Below, one piece after another: positions 52,942 to 62,511 of a DNA stretch of 64,000 bases (the stretch's first letter is position 1; each line of letters opens with the position of its first letter). A program made the translations under genes and the position numbers. Where the stretch lies: assembly GCA_003707115.1 (NCBI GenBank), contig PPNB01000010.1, positions 62,001 to 126,000 of the forward strand. The letters are read 5' to 3'. The stretch comes from Tortispora ganteri (Eukaryota). The notes below the pieces were generated by a model, which was not told where the DNA came from, did not search any database, and was given only the letters and a program-made list of their open reading frames with translations.

Positions 52942-53522
52942 TCTCACACTACATACACATACCCTTCTCCTTGCCTTACTTCCTATCAATTTCAGCCTCT
53001 GGCTTGGAAAGGAGATTATGTATGTTATAATGTTTTATTGAGTGATAATAATATACTGAAACGCATTGGGCATTGAATCAAACTATATGCATATGCATTT
53101 CTAGCCACCTTCCGGAATCAAGGCCCATATTAAGGTGAGTATGCATCGGTAACCGATCACCGGACCATTTGTTCAAAATGGTGGTCGCCAGCCTCTCCGT
53201 TTAGCCTTCCATGCTTCAATAATTAATCATGTCACACCTAAGAAGTTCTATGGCTATGCTTCATTTGCCTGGAGGCAAGTTACCGCCCTAGATTGCTTAG
53301 CAGAGCTTATAAGCTTGACTTTGATTAAACTTTAAAGGCTAATTGACTAGCTGAAGCAACTTGTGATGTCATACTGCCTGACGCTGCTGCAACATATTCG
53401 CCCTATTGGCTCACGTGCATGCTGCTGATCGCCTTGATATAAATAGGCTGCCTCGCTCGAGTTTTCCCGCCTTTTCCTGTTTTACAAATTGTATCGTGCA
53501 AGTGCATCCAATTGAACCAGCA

Positions 53523-54560
53523 ATGAAATTCTCGATACTTTGCACCGCTCTTTTGTCGATCTCTTCAATAGTATCGGCCACTGATGTATACAAATCCTGG
53601 ACAGACAGTGATCTTCGCGCTTGGCTTGCGGACCAAGGTATTGTGGTTGCCCCAGACACTCCCAGAAAGAATTTGCTGAAGGATGTTGAAAAGAATTGGG
53701 ATTCTGTCATTAATAAGGCGTATGACTCTTGGTCGGATTCAAATATTGTGGACTACCTCCGCGATGCTGGTTTCAAGGTCCAAGAAGAAGCCGAAGCCAA
53801 TCGTGCTGCATTGGCTAAAGCTCTTAAGGAGAAATACGAAGCATCATCCGAATGGCTCTTTTCAACTTGGGAAGAAGCGCAGTTACGCAGCTTCTTGGCC
53901 GCTAACAGCGTTCAATACAACGCGGAGGCTACCAAGGACGAATTAGTCAAAAAGGTACAAGAGTTCTATGCAAATTCTAAAGATTCGGCGAAGTATCCTG
54001 TAGACGAACTCTACTCCAATTGGAAAGATTCAGAGCTCCGAAGCTGGCTTATCAAGAACGGTGTAGATACCAAAGACTTATCTACCCGTGAAAAGTTGAT
54101 CTCCAAAGTGCGAAGCAGCTCTTTTCAATCGCATTTAAAGGCTAATGCGGAGAAGAAGGCAAAGAGCTCTTACAATACGGCATTTGAGACAGCTCGTAAA
54201 TGGTACGAGTCTGCCCTTGACTACATGCTATCAACCAAGGAATCTGTTCAAGACACCACTGGATCTCTTGCTTCCTGGGTATCTGAGGCTTGGTCTGAAA
54301 ACTCTGTCAAACAATGGGCTCAAGACCATGGCCTTACTGATCTCCCGGAAGTCTTTGACAAGAAGTCGGTGCAGGAGTTTTTCCATAAACACATGGCTTT
54401 ACTTCAAGAAGATCTCGAGCAACGCCGCTCATACCTTCGCGAATTTGCTCAGAAGCAAAATATCCTTTCTAAGCCTAAACCAAAACCATGGTATACCTGG
54501 CAAGGAGTCAGAGAACGTATGACCCGCATGATGGCTGGGGCTCCTAGAATCGATCTCTAG
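53523..54560 (+). CDS. MSC1: Msc1/Ish1 family stress-responsive ER/nuclear-envelope lumenal protein
   Basis: Signal peptide MKFSIL (ATG 53523), repeated W-S/T-D-S-D/E-LR-x-W/F-L units, C-terminal RIDL. Confidence 0.7.
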   Translation: MKFSILCTALLSISSIVSATDVYKSWTDSDLRAWLADQGIVVAPDTPRKNLLKDVEKNWDSVINKAYDSWSDSNIVDYLRDAGFKVQEEAEANRAALAKALKEKYEASSEWLFSTWEEAQLRSFLAANSVQYNAEATKDELVKKVQEFYANSKDSAKYPVDELYSNWKDSELRSWLIKNGVDTKDLSTREKLISKVRSSSFQSHLKANAEKKAKSSYNTAFETARKWYESALDYMLSTKESVQDTTGSLASWVSEAWSENSVKQWAQDHGLTDLPEVFDKKSVQEFFHKHMALLQEDLEQRRSYLREFAQKQNILSKPKPKPWYTWQGVRERMTRMMAGAPRIDL

Positions 54561-54669
54561 TTGCATAGTTTGTGTACATACTAGGTGATTTCTATATTCC
54601 TAACTATTATATTTATTCCAACTACCTCTTAAATCATAATTATTATAAAAAATCAAAGTATTACTCGTT

Positions 54670-57027
54670 TTAGAACCTAAAAAGTTCATCCATAATGGAG
54701 TATAGCTCATCTTCCATGCCACCAACTGCTATTAGAGGCGGTGGTTGTGTCATATAAGGCATGGTACCAGGTTGTTCGTTATCAGATCTAGGTTGCATCA
54801 TGTCTAATGGCACTTCCTGCTGAGAAGTATTGTCAACAGGAATCTGGTTCACCTGATTCGGTGAGGGTGCGTTTTGATGAGGTGTGGTATTGTTTTCTTC
54901 AAGAGGCATAGGAACATCACCCATGCTCGGAAACTGCGAATTGTTTATCATCATAGAGTAAAGCTCGTTGAGTTGTTCAGATATGTCAAAAGACATGCTA
55001 TTATTAATCGAGATATCATCTCGAATATCATCATTGGTAGACGTGGTCACAGGCGAGGTATCGTCAGAGAAAAATGTAGATCCTGTGCTGCCGGCAATTT
55101 CCATTTCGTTGCGATTTCGTTCATTGGGGTTTGAAGTTACAGACATATTTTTCCACGGTGATGAAACATTTGAAGGGTCACGTTTATCTTTAGCGGCACT
55201 ATGCTGAGGTAGAGATGACATTGCTCGGTTTATGCATTCTCTCATTTGATTAGTAAGTTTAGCAAGACGGGAGCCAAGTAAGGATGTTGATGACATGGAT
55301 TTAACGACTTGCATACCAATGTTTAAGTCTGCAGTGCATTTCGCTGCATAGAGATGAGGGGCATAAACTATTGCACTGAATAGTATACATATCGTAGAGA
55401 CCAAGAAATAACTATAATGAACTTTGGAATGTGCATTTTCCGGGTTAGCACTTATGCTCTGCATAAGATGGATAGATGAAGAGGCAAGTCCAACAGCTTT
55501 GTCGACATAGCTTTGGTTTGCTAGTATTGTTGCTGTTGAATATAAGAATATGCGGTACATAACCAATAGGAGGGAGTTGCGACGAAGGACCAGAATTTGA
55601 GGGAGTTTCATAGAATTTTCAATGTGATCTTTAGGGAAAGAAGGATCTGGATCTAATGTCAGAGACTTTGGAAATGACTGTGCCCAATCAGATAACCATT
55701 TTTCGATTGAATGAACAGACTCATAAGGTATAGGCCGAGTGTCAGAAGGGTTGTAACTTGACACAAGTTTATACACCATGTCAATTACTTTCGTAAATTC
55801 TATCATGAGGGAAATATACTGCACTCTGTAGAAGTTCTCACCTACTCTCTCCGTAGCCCAATGAGTATCTATGGTAGGTGGTGATAATGTGATAGAGCTT
55901 TCCTTCAGTAAAGCCGGGCGTCCTGTAGCTAAAGACATTCTCCGGTCTAAGATAAACAGGCACCAGGCTACCGTTTTAACTCTTTGTTTATCAACTGGTG
56001 AGTTAGAAAATTTTTCTTGCAGAGTTTTGGCGTCGTGATACCCCTGTTCCAACGCAATAATAGACGATAGTCCTGTGGAGCGGTAAGCGGCATCTTCCAT
56101 GCCACTATGAAATTGATACGTGTGAATCAATAAAAGCAGGTAGATGTGATTGCACGATAGATGAGTTCCACCAAGAAAATATCCTGAGAAACCTTCAAGA
56201 GTTTTGTGGTATAGATGATACCCAGTTCTCAGGTGCTTGTGACAAAGTGTAGTAGCGATAGCTAGAATCATGCGCAAAATGCTGAGATCATAGTACGTTA
56301 TTTCGTCCGAATTTAAGGTCATCAAGCCTTCATGAGTGAAATACAGATCAAACACTCTGCAGCAGACTGCGAACAATTGTAATCGCTCAAAGAAAGGATA
56401 AATACTATTGATGTCTCTGTCATAAACATCTATAAACTCATAAGCTTGCGCTCTAGTAAAACCAAAAATAGTTTGTGATTGTTTAGATTCAGCATCAGAG
56501 GAAGAGTCAAAAACATTGTCTTTGGCGCTAAAATCGTCAAAGTCAGGCAAATCTCTGATGTCTTGAGCATCGCTATCCTTTAAGAACTTTTTGCGGTGTG
56601 CGTTATTCTCTGCGATTTCTTTGTGATCATTTGCACCTCCTGTTTGTCTAGCGTACTGGTCTACAGGGAATAGAGTCGACAAAGGCCCGGAGTAACTGAG
56701 GTTGCTGTCGCCGTGAGATCGATCATCAATGCCAAGGTGTAAGTTTGCATATTTTCGAAAGAGTACGCTATCGAACTGCTTTGAAGGTTGTTGATTCAAG
56801 TTTGAACGCTTAGTTTGGCGGTTTGATTTTGAATCAGCTTTCAATTTTGGCTGAGCAGATCTATGCGCTCTATTTGTAGGGTATACACATTCAAGATTGA
56901 GCTTTAAGCAGCGCTCACATGTTGGGTTACCACTACATTTTATTTTGCGTTTCTTACACGCAAAGCAGGCCTTCCCTACATATTTTCCTCGTTTATTACG
57001 TGGCTTTACTTCCTGATCTTCTTGCAT
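54670..57027 (-). CDS. Zn(II)2Cys6 transcription factor with fungal-specific TF domain
   Basis: ACFACKKRKIKCSGNPTCERCLKLNLEC; WCLFILDRRMSLATGRP. Confidence 0.9.
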   Translation of the reverse strand: MQEDQEVKPRNKRGKYVGKACFACKKRKIKCSGNPTCERCLKLNLECVYPTNRAHRSAQPKLKADSKSNRQTKRSNLNQQPSKQFDSVLFRKYANLHLGIDDRSHGDSNLSYSGPLSTLFPVDQYARQTGGANDHKEIAENNAHRKKFLKDSDAQDIRDLPDFDDFSAKDNVFDSSSDAESKQSQTIFGFTRAQAYEFIDVYDRDINSIYPFFERLQLFAVCCRVFDLYFTHEGLMTLNSDEITYYDLSILRMILAIATTLCHKHLRTGYHLYHKTLEGFSGYFLGGTHLSCNHIYLLLLIHTYQFHSGMEDAAYRSTGLSSIIALEQGYHDAKTLQEKFSNSPVDKQRVKTVAWCLFILDRRMSLATGRPALLKESSITLSPPTIDTHWATERVGENFYRVQYISLMIEFTKVIDMVYKLVSSYNPSDTRPIPYESVHSIEKWLSDWAQSFPKSLTLDPDPSFPKDHIENSMKLPQILVLRRNSLLLVMYRIFLYSTATILANQSYVDKAVGLASSSIHLMQSISANPENAHSKVHYSYFLVSTICILFSAIVYAPHLYAAKCTADLNIGMQVVKSMSSTSLLGSRLAKLTNQMRECINRAMSSLPQHSAAKDKRDPSNVSSPWKNMSVTSNPNERNRNEMEIAGSTGSTFFSDDTSPVTTSTNDDIRDDISINNSMSFDISEQLNELYSMMINNSQFPSMGDVPMPLEENNTTPHQNAPSPNQVNQIPVDNTSQQEVPLDMMQPRSDNEQPGTMPYMTQPPPLIAVGGMEDELYSIMDELFRF

Positions 57028-57330
57028 CAAGGTTTAACCAATAGCTTTTCGACTGGATGTGAAAAGGAGAAGTCTCTGTGCCAAAAAAGCGCAGACAAAT
57101 AGTGGTGGTGCACTCTGAAGCAAGTAAGATTAAGGTTCCTCGATTTAGTAAGAAAGCCGTTCGAAACGAAGAGTTCCCACTAAGACTAAAATGGTCTAAA
57201 GCGAAAAAATGACTGGAATAGAAATGCAGAAATAAATGCAAAAAATAAACAAAAAAAAAGAAAAAAACAAAAAGAAATTATCATGGCCAATTCCATTTCA
57301 TTTTTTTTTTTTTGAAATCTATTCCGAAAA

Positions 57331-58872
57331 TTAAAATACAATTTCAAGATCATCTTCAACTGATGGTTTTGGAGGTTTGCGTCGCTGTTTCTTCGCACTC
57401 CGTAGTAACTCTAAACGGCGATCTATATGCTCATCGCGCATTTTCGCGTACTCTTTCCGGTGCATAGAGTTTTCCTTGTTGATATCGTTAACTAAGTTCC
57501 TTATAAAATCATTATTAGTCCTTTTTGATGAATTCATCTTCTGTATTAAATGGTGTTTAGCACTGAACTCATTCTTGCTGTACTTCTTAGCGTTCTTGAG
57601 AGTACCTTGATATAGTTCAGCATCTTCCTGATCTTCTTGAAGTTCCTGTTCAATTTCTTGCTGTTTTTCAAACATTTTCAGCATTTGTGCTCCGTTTGAC
57701 TGTCTCTTCACCAGTTTCTTCAGTACTTCCTGTTCTCGTAGTCGGGCTTCTTTCTGTCTTTTCTCCGACTCTTCCTTCTCAGCCAGATCAATGAAATTTG
57801 GTTCCATGGCCAACGCCGCACCGCCATGAATTGGCCGGCCACTTGAGCCCCCGACATCCGTGTAATACACTTTCCCACCTGCGCCCTCGAAAGACTGATC
57901 TTGTTGGACTTTGAACGGCTCGCGGCTCGACAACACCTGCGTCGCGCGTCTCCGGATATTTGACCATATAGTCTGTGGCCCAACAGAGCTAGCTCCTGCT
58001 CTGGCATTAATCTCCTGTCTGCGCGAGCTCGTGGCTGTGAGGTTCTGATTTGCATGATACTCACATTTGGTAGACTTTCGGACATCAACCCAGCTCGTAC
58101 AACTGTGTCCGTCCTTGTTGATCACTGTGCAAGTACCTATATCTGAGGAATGTGCAATCTCAATGAGGTCCATAGCGTCACTAGCTACGCTAAGTATGAA
58201 CTTGTTGCTCATAGGTACCACCTTCGGGTTCAGAATCAGGACGACACTACCCTGACGCACCTTCCAGTTAGCCTCAAAAGTTTTATCAAATAAATTTACC
58301 ACAATATCTGTACGTAAATCGGTAATAGTAAGACTGATGAATTTAGAAGGCGGCCTGTTCTCGCTATATGAACGCGTTTCTCGAACATTTGACTTGTTGG
58401 CCACTATCCCTATAAGGTACCAGTCGATCAGTTCGCTGTCTGAGAAATTTGGCGGTGTAATTTTTGCAAATACTTCAGAAACAGATAGTTCTTGCATGTC
58501 TTTTACTTCTTTTTGCGCTGAATCATATATTCCGTATTTGCGATCGATCCTAATATCAGAGTTGTATGCGTAAACGGGCTCGTCTTCGAAGTCCAGTATA
58601 GATGAGTTGCTTTTCAGATTCTTCAGATGCGCTTTACGTGATCCTCTAAGCGAATTTATCTGTTTTTTAAGTTCCTTAGAGGCTGTTCGTTGCTTTGAAG
58701 ACTGGACTAGTTTAGAAGCGAAGTTGGATGCCGGTGATATAGTTGCAGATGATGCCACCGCATTCAACAATGCTCGTCTCTCTGATTTAAATTCACTCTT
58801 CACGGGGATTTCATTGGATATATTTGTTTTTTGCGGTTTTTTCGGTGGAGGAGATCGTTGTACTTGGTTCAT
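57331..58872 (-). CDS. MCM10: DNA replication factor Mcm10
   Basis: VFAKITPPNF, OB-fold (ITDLRT...LF...W...G.V..ILNP) and CCCH finger (GTC....DG..C.SWVD......CEYH). First ATG at 58872. Confidence 0.85.
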   Translation of the reverse strand: MNQVQRSPPPKKPQKTNISNEIPVKSEFKSERRALLNAVASSATISPASNFASKLVQSSKQRTASKELKKQINSLRGSRKAHLKNLKSNSSILDFEDEPVYAYNSDIRIDRKYGIYDSAQKEVKDMQELSVSEVFAKITPPNFSDSELIDWYLIGIVANKSNVRETRSYSENRPPSKFISLTITDLRTDIVVNLFDKTFEANWKVRQGSVVLILNPKVVPMSNKFILSVASDAMDLIEIAHSSDIGTCTVINKDGHSCTSWVDVRKSTKCEYHANQNLTATSSRRQEINARAGASSVGPQTIWSNIRRRATQVLSSREPFKVQQDQSFEGAGGKVYYTDVGGSSGRPIHGGAALAMEPNFIDLAEKEESEKRQKEARLREQEVLKKLVKRQSNGAQMLKMFEKQQEIEQELQEDQEDAELYQGTLKNAKKYSKNEFSAKHHLIQKMNSSKRTNNDFIRNLVNDINKENSMHRKEYAKMRDEHIDRRLELLRSAKKQRRKPPKPSVEDDLEIVF

Positions 58873-58905
58873 GTTGTGAGTGTAGTGAAACAATTCTAGA
58901 GTAAG

Positions 58906-58911
58906 ACGCGT
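58906..58911. promoter_or_regulatory. MCB element (ACGCGT) in the MCM10/RNH202 divergent promoter
   Basis: Perfect MluI box centred in the 74-bp gap between two DNA-replication genes. Confidence 0.6.
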
Positions 58912-58946
58912 ACTTTGTGTTACGCTGTCAGAACTTAACCTTTAAT

Positions 58947-59816
58947 ATGAAGAATCCTTATATTGCAATTTTATCAAAGGAGGCTTTAGGAGATGGCGAG
59001 ATCGTTGAATTACCAAATCCAAAAACAAAACATTCATGCAAATATTTGATATGTAACAATAAAGTCTTTGAAATCCTCAAATTTCATAATACTGGGCAAA
59101 CTGATTCAGATATCCGCCAATCTGTAGTCGTGACAGGCACAAATGATTATATAATAAGTGAGCCTAAAAAGTACGCGTTTACACCGATCCAACCCTTTTA
59201 TTTAATTCTAAATGAACTACTAGAAAATTCATCAAAAATGCTTAATATTGAATTGATTCTTGAAAACGTGTCAGCCAAATACAACAACTCGGATTTCCTT
59301 AAATTGCCGGCTTCGGCCCTCAAATCAGAACTTTCTTCCGTATGCGAAACACAAATAATCGAAGACCAAAACGATCCTTACTTTCGCATTTCGGAACAAA
59401 AACTGATCGACTATTTGACAGAAAAGATTAATAAAACTTCTCTTAGTCTGCCGGAACAAATGTACAAAAAGTTCTCAAAGAAAATTCTGGTTTTAGATAC
59501 CAAAGACGAAACCGTCATATCGCAATGCAAACAAAGAATATCTTTCGATTTTTTATCTTCATATCTGCCTGCATCTATCGAGCAAAAGGTTCTGGCGGCT
59601 CTCGACTTAAATGCTTTGGCAGCGCACGCACAGAAAGCTCATGCACAGATCCAACAGCAGTCGATTATACAGCAACAGCTCCGCAATCCTACAGAGTACG
59701 TCTCTAACAAGAACAGCAAGAGCACAGTGAACATACAACCAGCAAAGAAAGCCAAACAGCCACCCAAAGGGTCAAAAACACTAGACGGGTTTTTCAAAAA
59801 AAAGCCAGTAAAGTAA
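58947..59816 (+). CDS. RNH202: Ribonuclease H2 subunit B
   Basis: LPNPKT, VFEI, TPIQPFY, YFRISEQKLIDYL and C-terminal PIP-box-like TLDGFFKK. ATG at 58947. Confidence 0.78.
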   Translation: MKNPYIAILSKEALGDGEIVELPNPKTKHSCKYLICNNKVFEILKFHNTGQTDSDIRQSVVVTGTNDYIISEPKKYAFTPIQPFYLILNELLENSSKMLNIELILENVSAKYNNSDFLKLPASALKSELSSVCETQIIEDQNDPYFRISEQKLIDYLTEKINKTSLSLPEQMYKKFSKKILVLDTKDETVISQCKQRISFDFLSSYLPASIEQKVLAALDLNALAAHAQKAHAQIQQQSIIQQQLRNPTEYVSNKNSKSTVNIQPAKKAKQPPKGSKTLDGFFKKKPVK

Positions 59817-59817
59817 C

Positions 59818-60468
59818 CTACTTCGATAACCAATGGTCCTTATAATAACGAAGCTCCTCGATGCTTTCCAAAATATCATCCCGTGCATTGTGCGTATACT
59901 TTTTTGCGGGTCTATTATCTCTTATATCAGTAGCCCATCTCAACGACAGCTCGGATAGCGTCGAAACATCAATGATTCGGTAATGCAGATAATCGATCAG
60001 ACGGGGCATGGACTTGCGCAGAAACTCCTTGTCACAATGTACACTGTTACCTGCTAGTACTGCTTTCTTCTTTACTGGTATCAGTTCTTTAATGTACTGC
60101 AGGAGCTCATCTTCAACCTCAGACGCAGTGGCTGTAGAGGCCTTCACTTTGTCTATAAGGCCGGTCTTGCCGTGAAAATCCTGACACCAGTCGTCCATTG
60201 CAGCTAGTTTTTCGTCAGAACATGACAGAACGCGCTCAAATCCATCGCGTTCAAGCAGGTTTAGATCTCCATCTGTCACATAACAGCATATTTGCAGAAT
60301 ATCGTCGTTTTCTACATCAAGTCCTGTCATTTCGCAATCGATCCACACCATAGGGTACGTTCTCATCTCGATCCCGCTTATCTTGTTCTTCACCAAGGCT
60401 CCCCCTTCTGCCATTTTCGATATATCACGTCTACCTATACGGCATAACCTCTGAATGCGACTCAACAT
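59818..60468 (-). CDS. REX2: Oligoribonuclease Rex2 (DEDDh)
   Basis: VWIDCEMTGLD, LAGNSVHCDKEFL, LHYRIIDVST, HNARDDILESIEELRYY. In-frame ATGs at 60468 and 60414. Confidence 0.94.
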   Translation of the reverse strand: MLSRIQRLCRIGRRDISKMAEGGALVKNKISGIEMRTYPMVWIDCEMTGLDVENDDILQICCYVTDGDLNLLERDGFERVLSCSDEKLAAMDDWCQDFHGKTGLIDKVKASTATASEVEDELLQYIKELIPVKKKAVLAGNSVHCDKEFLRKSMPRLIDYLHYRIIDVSTLSELSLRWATDIRDNRPAKKYTHNARDDILESIEELRYYKDHWLSK

Positions 60469-60584
60469 CCTAAATCGCTTACACGCATTAGTGAAACAAT
60501 AAGTAAGATCCAAATCTCTTGTCGCCTAAAAGGGTAAAAAACCGCCCACTTTCCCCCCGACGTTAAAGGCGATCTCCGGTTGCT

Positions 60585-62213
60585 ATGGCCAGGAAAAGAA
60601 GCTACACACCCGATATCCCACCCAACGCCCATGTGCCGATAACCGATCAAAAAGCGAAATTTCTCTTTCTTTCTCTGCGACGATCAACCGCGTGCACTAT
60701 CAGCCACTTAGCACTTCCATCCGCCATGGAAGTGAACATTTCGCCAAAAGAACAGGTTCAGCGACACGCTTTTGACGATCAGACGCTGGAATTACCTGAC
60801 TCTTTCGATTTCCAATCTCTTCCCGATGCTCTGATGCAGCATTATGATCATTCCATGTTTGACCACCCGGGCAAAGATAACAATGAATTCAACGGTGCCT
60901 TTTCAGCTAAATCATTTATTTCTGATTCCGATGTTACTATCCCAGCGCTGGTACCTCCTACACCTAATTCTCTGGAACTACATGCCACGCAAAGCCAAGT
61001 GCTGCTAAATCAAGAATCGGGTTTCGCTTACGATGCCCAATTCGACGCTGATTTTATGACTCCTTTAATTTCTCCCGCCGTGAATCCACTGGAGAGTTAT
61101 AACTTGGCCCCGACACCATTGCTGCAGCCTCTCCCTTTACCAATACTCGATAACTCTTACGAGCCTACAACAATCGATCCTACCACTGCATTTACTGCTC
61201 CTGCACCTGACCCTCTCATATACTCTCAGCGATCGCGACCCCCTTCACAAAACTCTAAAGCTCAAAGACAGTCAAATGGAAGAGTGTCGAAACCGCAGTC
61301 TCCAATGCTGAAAGCGCAAAACAGCCCTGCTCTGCGGAAGTCCAATAGACTCAGTATAACTCAGCAGTCGCCATTAATTCTCTCTAATGTTTCGCCGACT
61401 GCGGACTCTGACTCTGTCAGCCCTCAAGACCTTCCTAGTGGTTTTACTAAGGATGAACTGCGTCACTCGATGCAAAGTAGCAATGGAGCAGCTGAATTAG
61501 GCCCTGGTATGAATTCTAACGACTCGTTAGAATACGAGCCTGTTACTCCTGCAATGCTAATGAAAATCCACACTGTGGAAGTTGAGGCACCAAAAACAGG
61601 TGATCAAAGGACTCGAACAGTGTCTAGAGCGGGATCTAAATCTAAGCTACCAGGAAGTGCAGGGCGACCGCGTAAGAACTCGATAGTACGTACAGAAGAT
61701 GAAACTAGACCTTCTGGTGCAGATTCTGCCTCTACAGGTAGCCGGCGAGCCTCAATGACTATCTCTCCACGTATTGTGCCGAAGGACCATGGTCATGGTG
61801 ATATTACTATTAAAGATCCCGATACTCAGAAGACTAAAATTCTGCTGGAGCCTAATGCTACTGCAGGCATGAGTTCAGAACAGATTCAGCAGATGTTAGA
61901 GTCGCGTTCAAACTATCAGAACATTTTAGATGGTAAGCATTCGGAGTTAGGGCTGCAGTATCCGGAACATCTGAGCCAGAACTTGAATGCAAAGCGCACC
62001 AGTCACAAGCTCGCTGAGCAAGGTAGGAGGAATCGTATTAATGCAGCACTGCATGAGCTAGGTGCTCTGCTATCTTCATCGACTGATTGTGGACCAGCAT
62101 CTAAAGCGATAACTGTGGAGAATGCTATAGAGCACATAAAGAGACTTCGATCTGACCTGAACGATGCTCGAGAACGGATTAAGGAGCTCGAAGCACAATG
62201 TGCTTCAAATTAG
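60585..62213 (+). CDS. PHO4: Pho4/Nuc-1-type bHLH transcription factor
   Basis: SNYQNILDG.H..LGL.YP..LS..L..KRTSHKLAEQGRRNRIN...SKAITVENAIEHI. Start is either 60585 or 60726 (gccATGg). Confidence 0.8.
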   Translation: MARKRSYTPDIPPNAHVPITDQKAKFLFLSLRRSTACTISHLALPSAMEVNISPKEQVQRHAFDDQTLELPDSFDFQSLPDALMQHYDHSMFDHPGKDNNEFNGAFSAKSFISDSDVTIPALVPPTPNSLELHATQSQVLLNQESGFAYDAQFDADFMTPLISPAVNPLESYNLAPTPLLQPLPLPILDNSYEPTTIDPTTAFTAPAPDPLIYSQRSRPPSQNSKAQRQSNGRVSKPQSPMLKAQNSPALRKSNRLSITQQSPLILSNVSPTADSDSVSPQDLPSGFTKDELRHSMQSSNGAAELGPGMNSNDSLEYEPVTPAMLMKIHTVEVEAPKTGDQRTRTVSRAGSKSKLPGSAGRPRKNSIVRTEDETRPSGADSASTGSRRASMTISPRIVPKDHGHGDITIKDPDTQKTKILLEPNATAGMSSEQIQQMLESRSNYQNILDGKHSELGLQYPEHLSQNLNAKRTSHKLAEQGRRNRINAALHELGALLSSSTDCGPASKAITVENAIEHIKRLRSDLNDARERIKELEAQCASN

Positions 62214-62511
62214 GCCGACCCAGCTGGTTTACTGGATCGACCAAACATACTTACAATCACATATACTCATACACATTTATTAGGAGCAAGAAAAAAATAT
62301 ACCTCCCTAAAAAAGTGTTTGTTTATTACATTTAGAATTTATAACTACTGAAAAAAAAAATGTATATAAATTTCTTTTATCTCTGATTAATTGTGATCTC
62401 GCTTGTTTTAAGATAAGGTTTACGAGCGATGTCGTCAAAATCTAAAGCGCCTCTTACTTCTATCCCCTTAGAAACCCGGAACAAATATTGCGCTACAATA
62501 TTTGCGCAATA

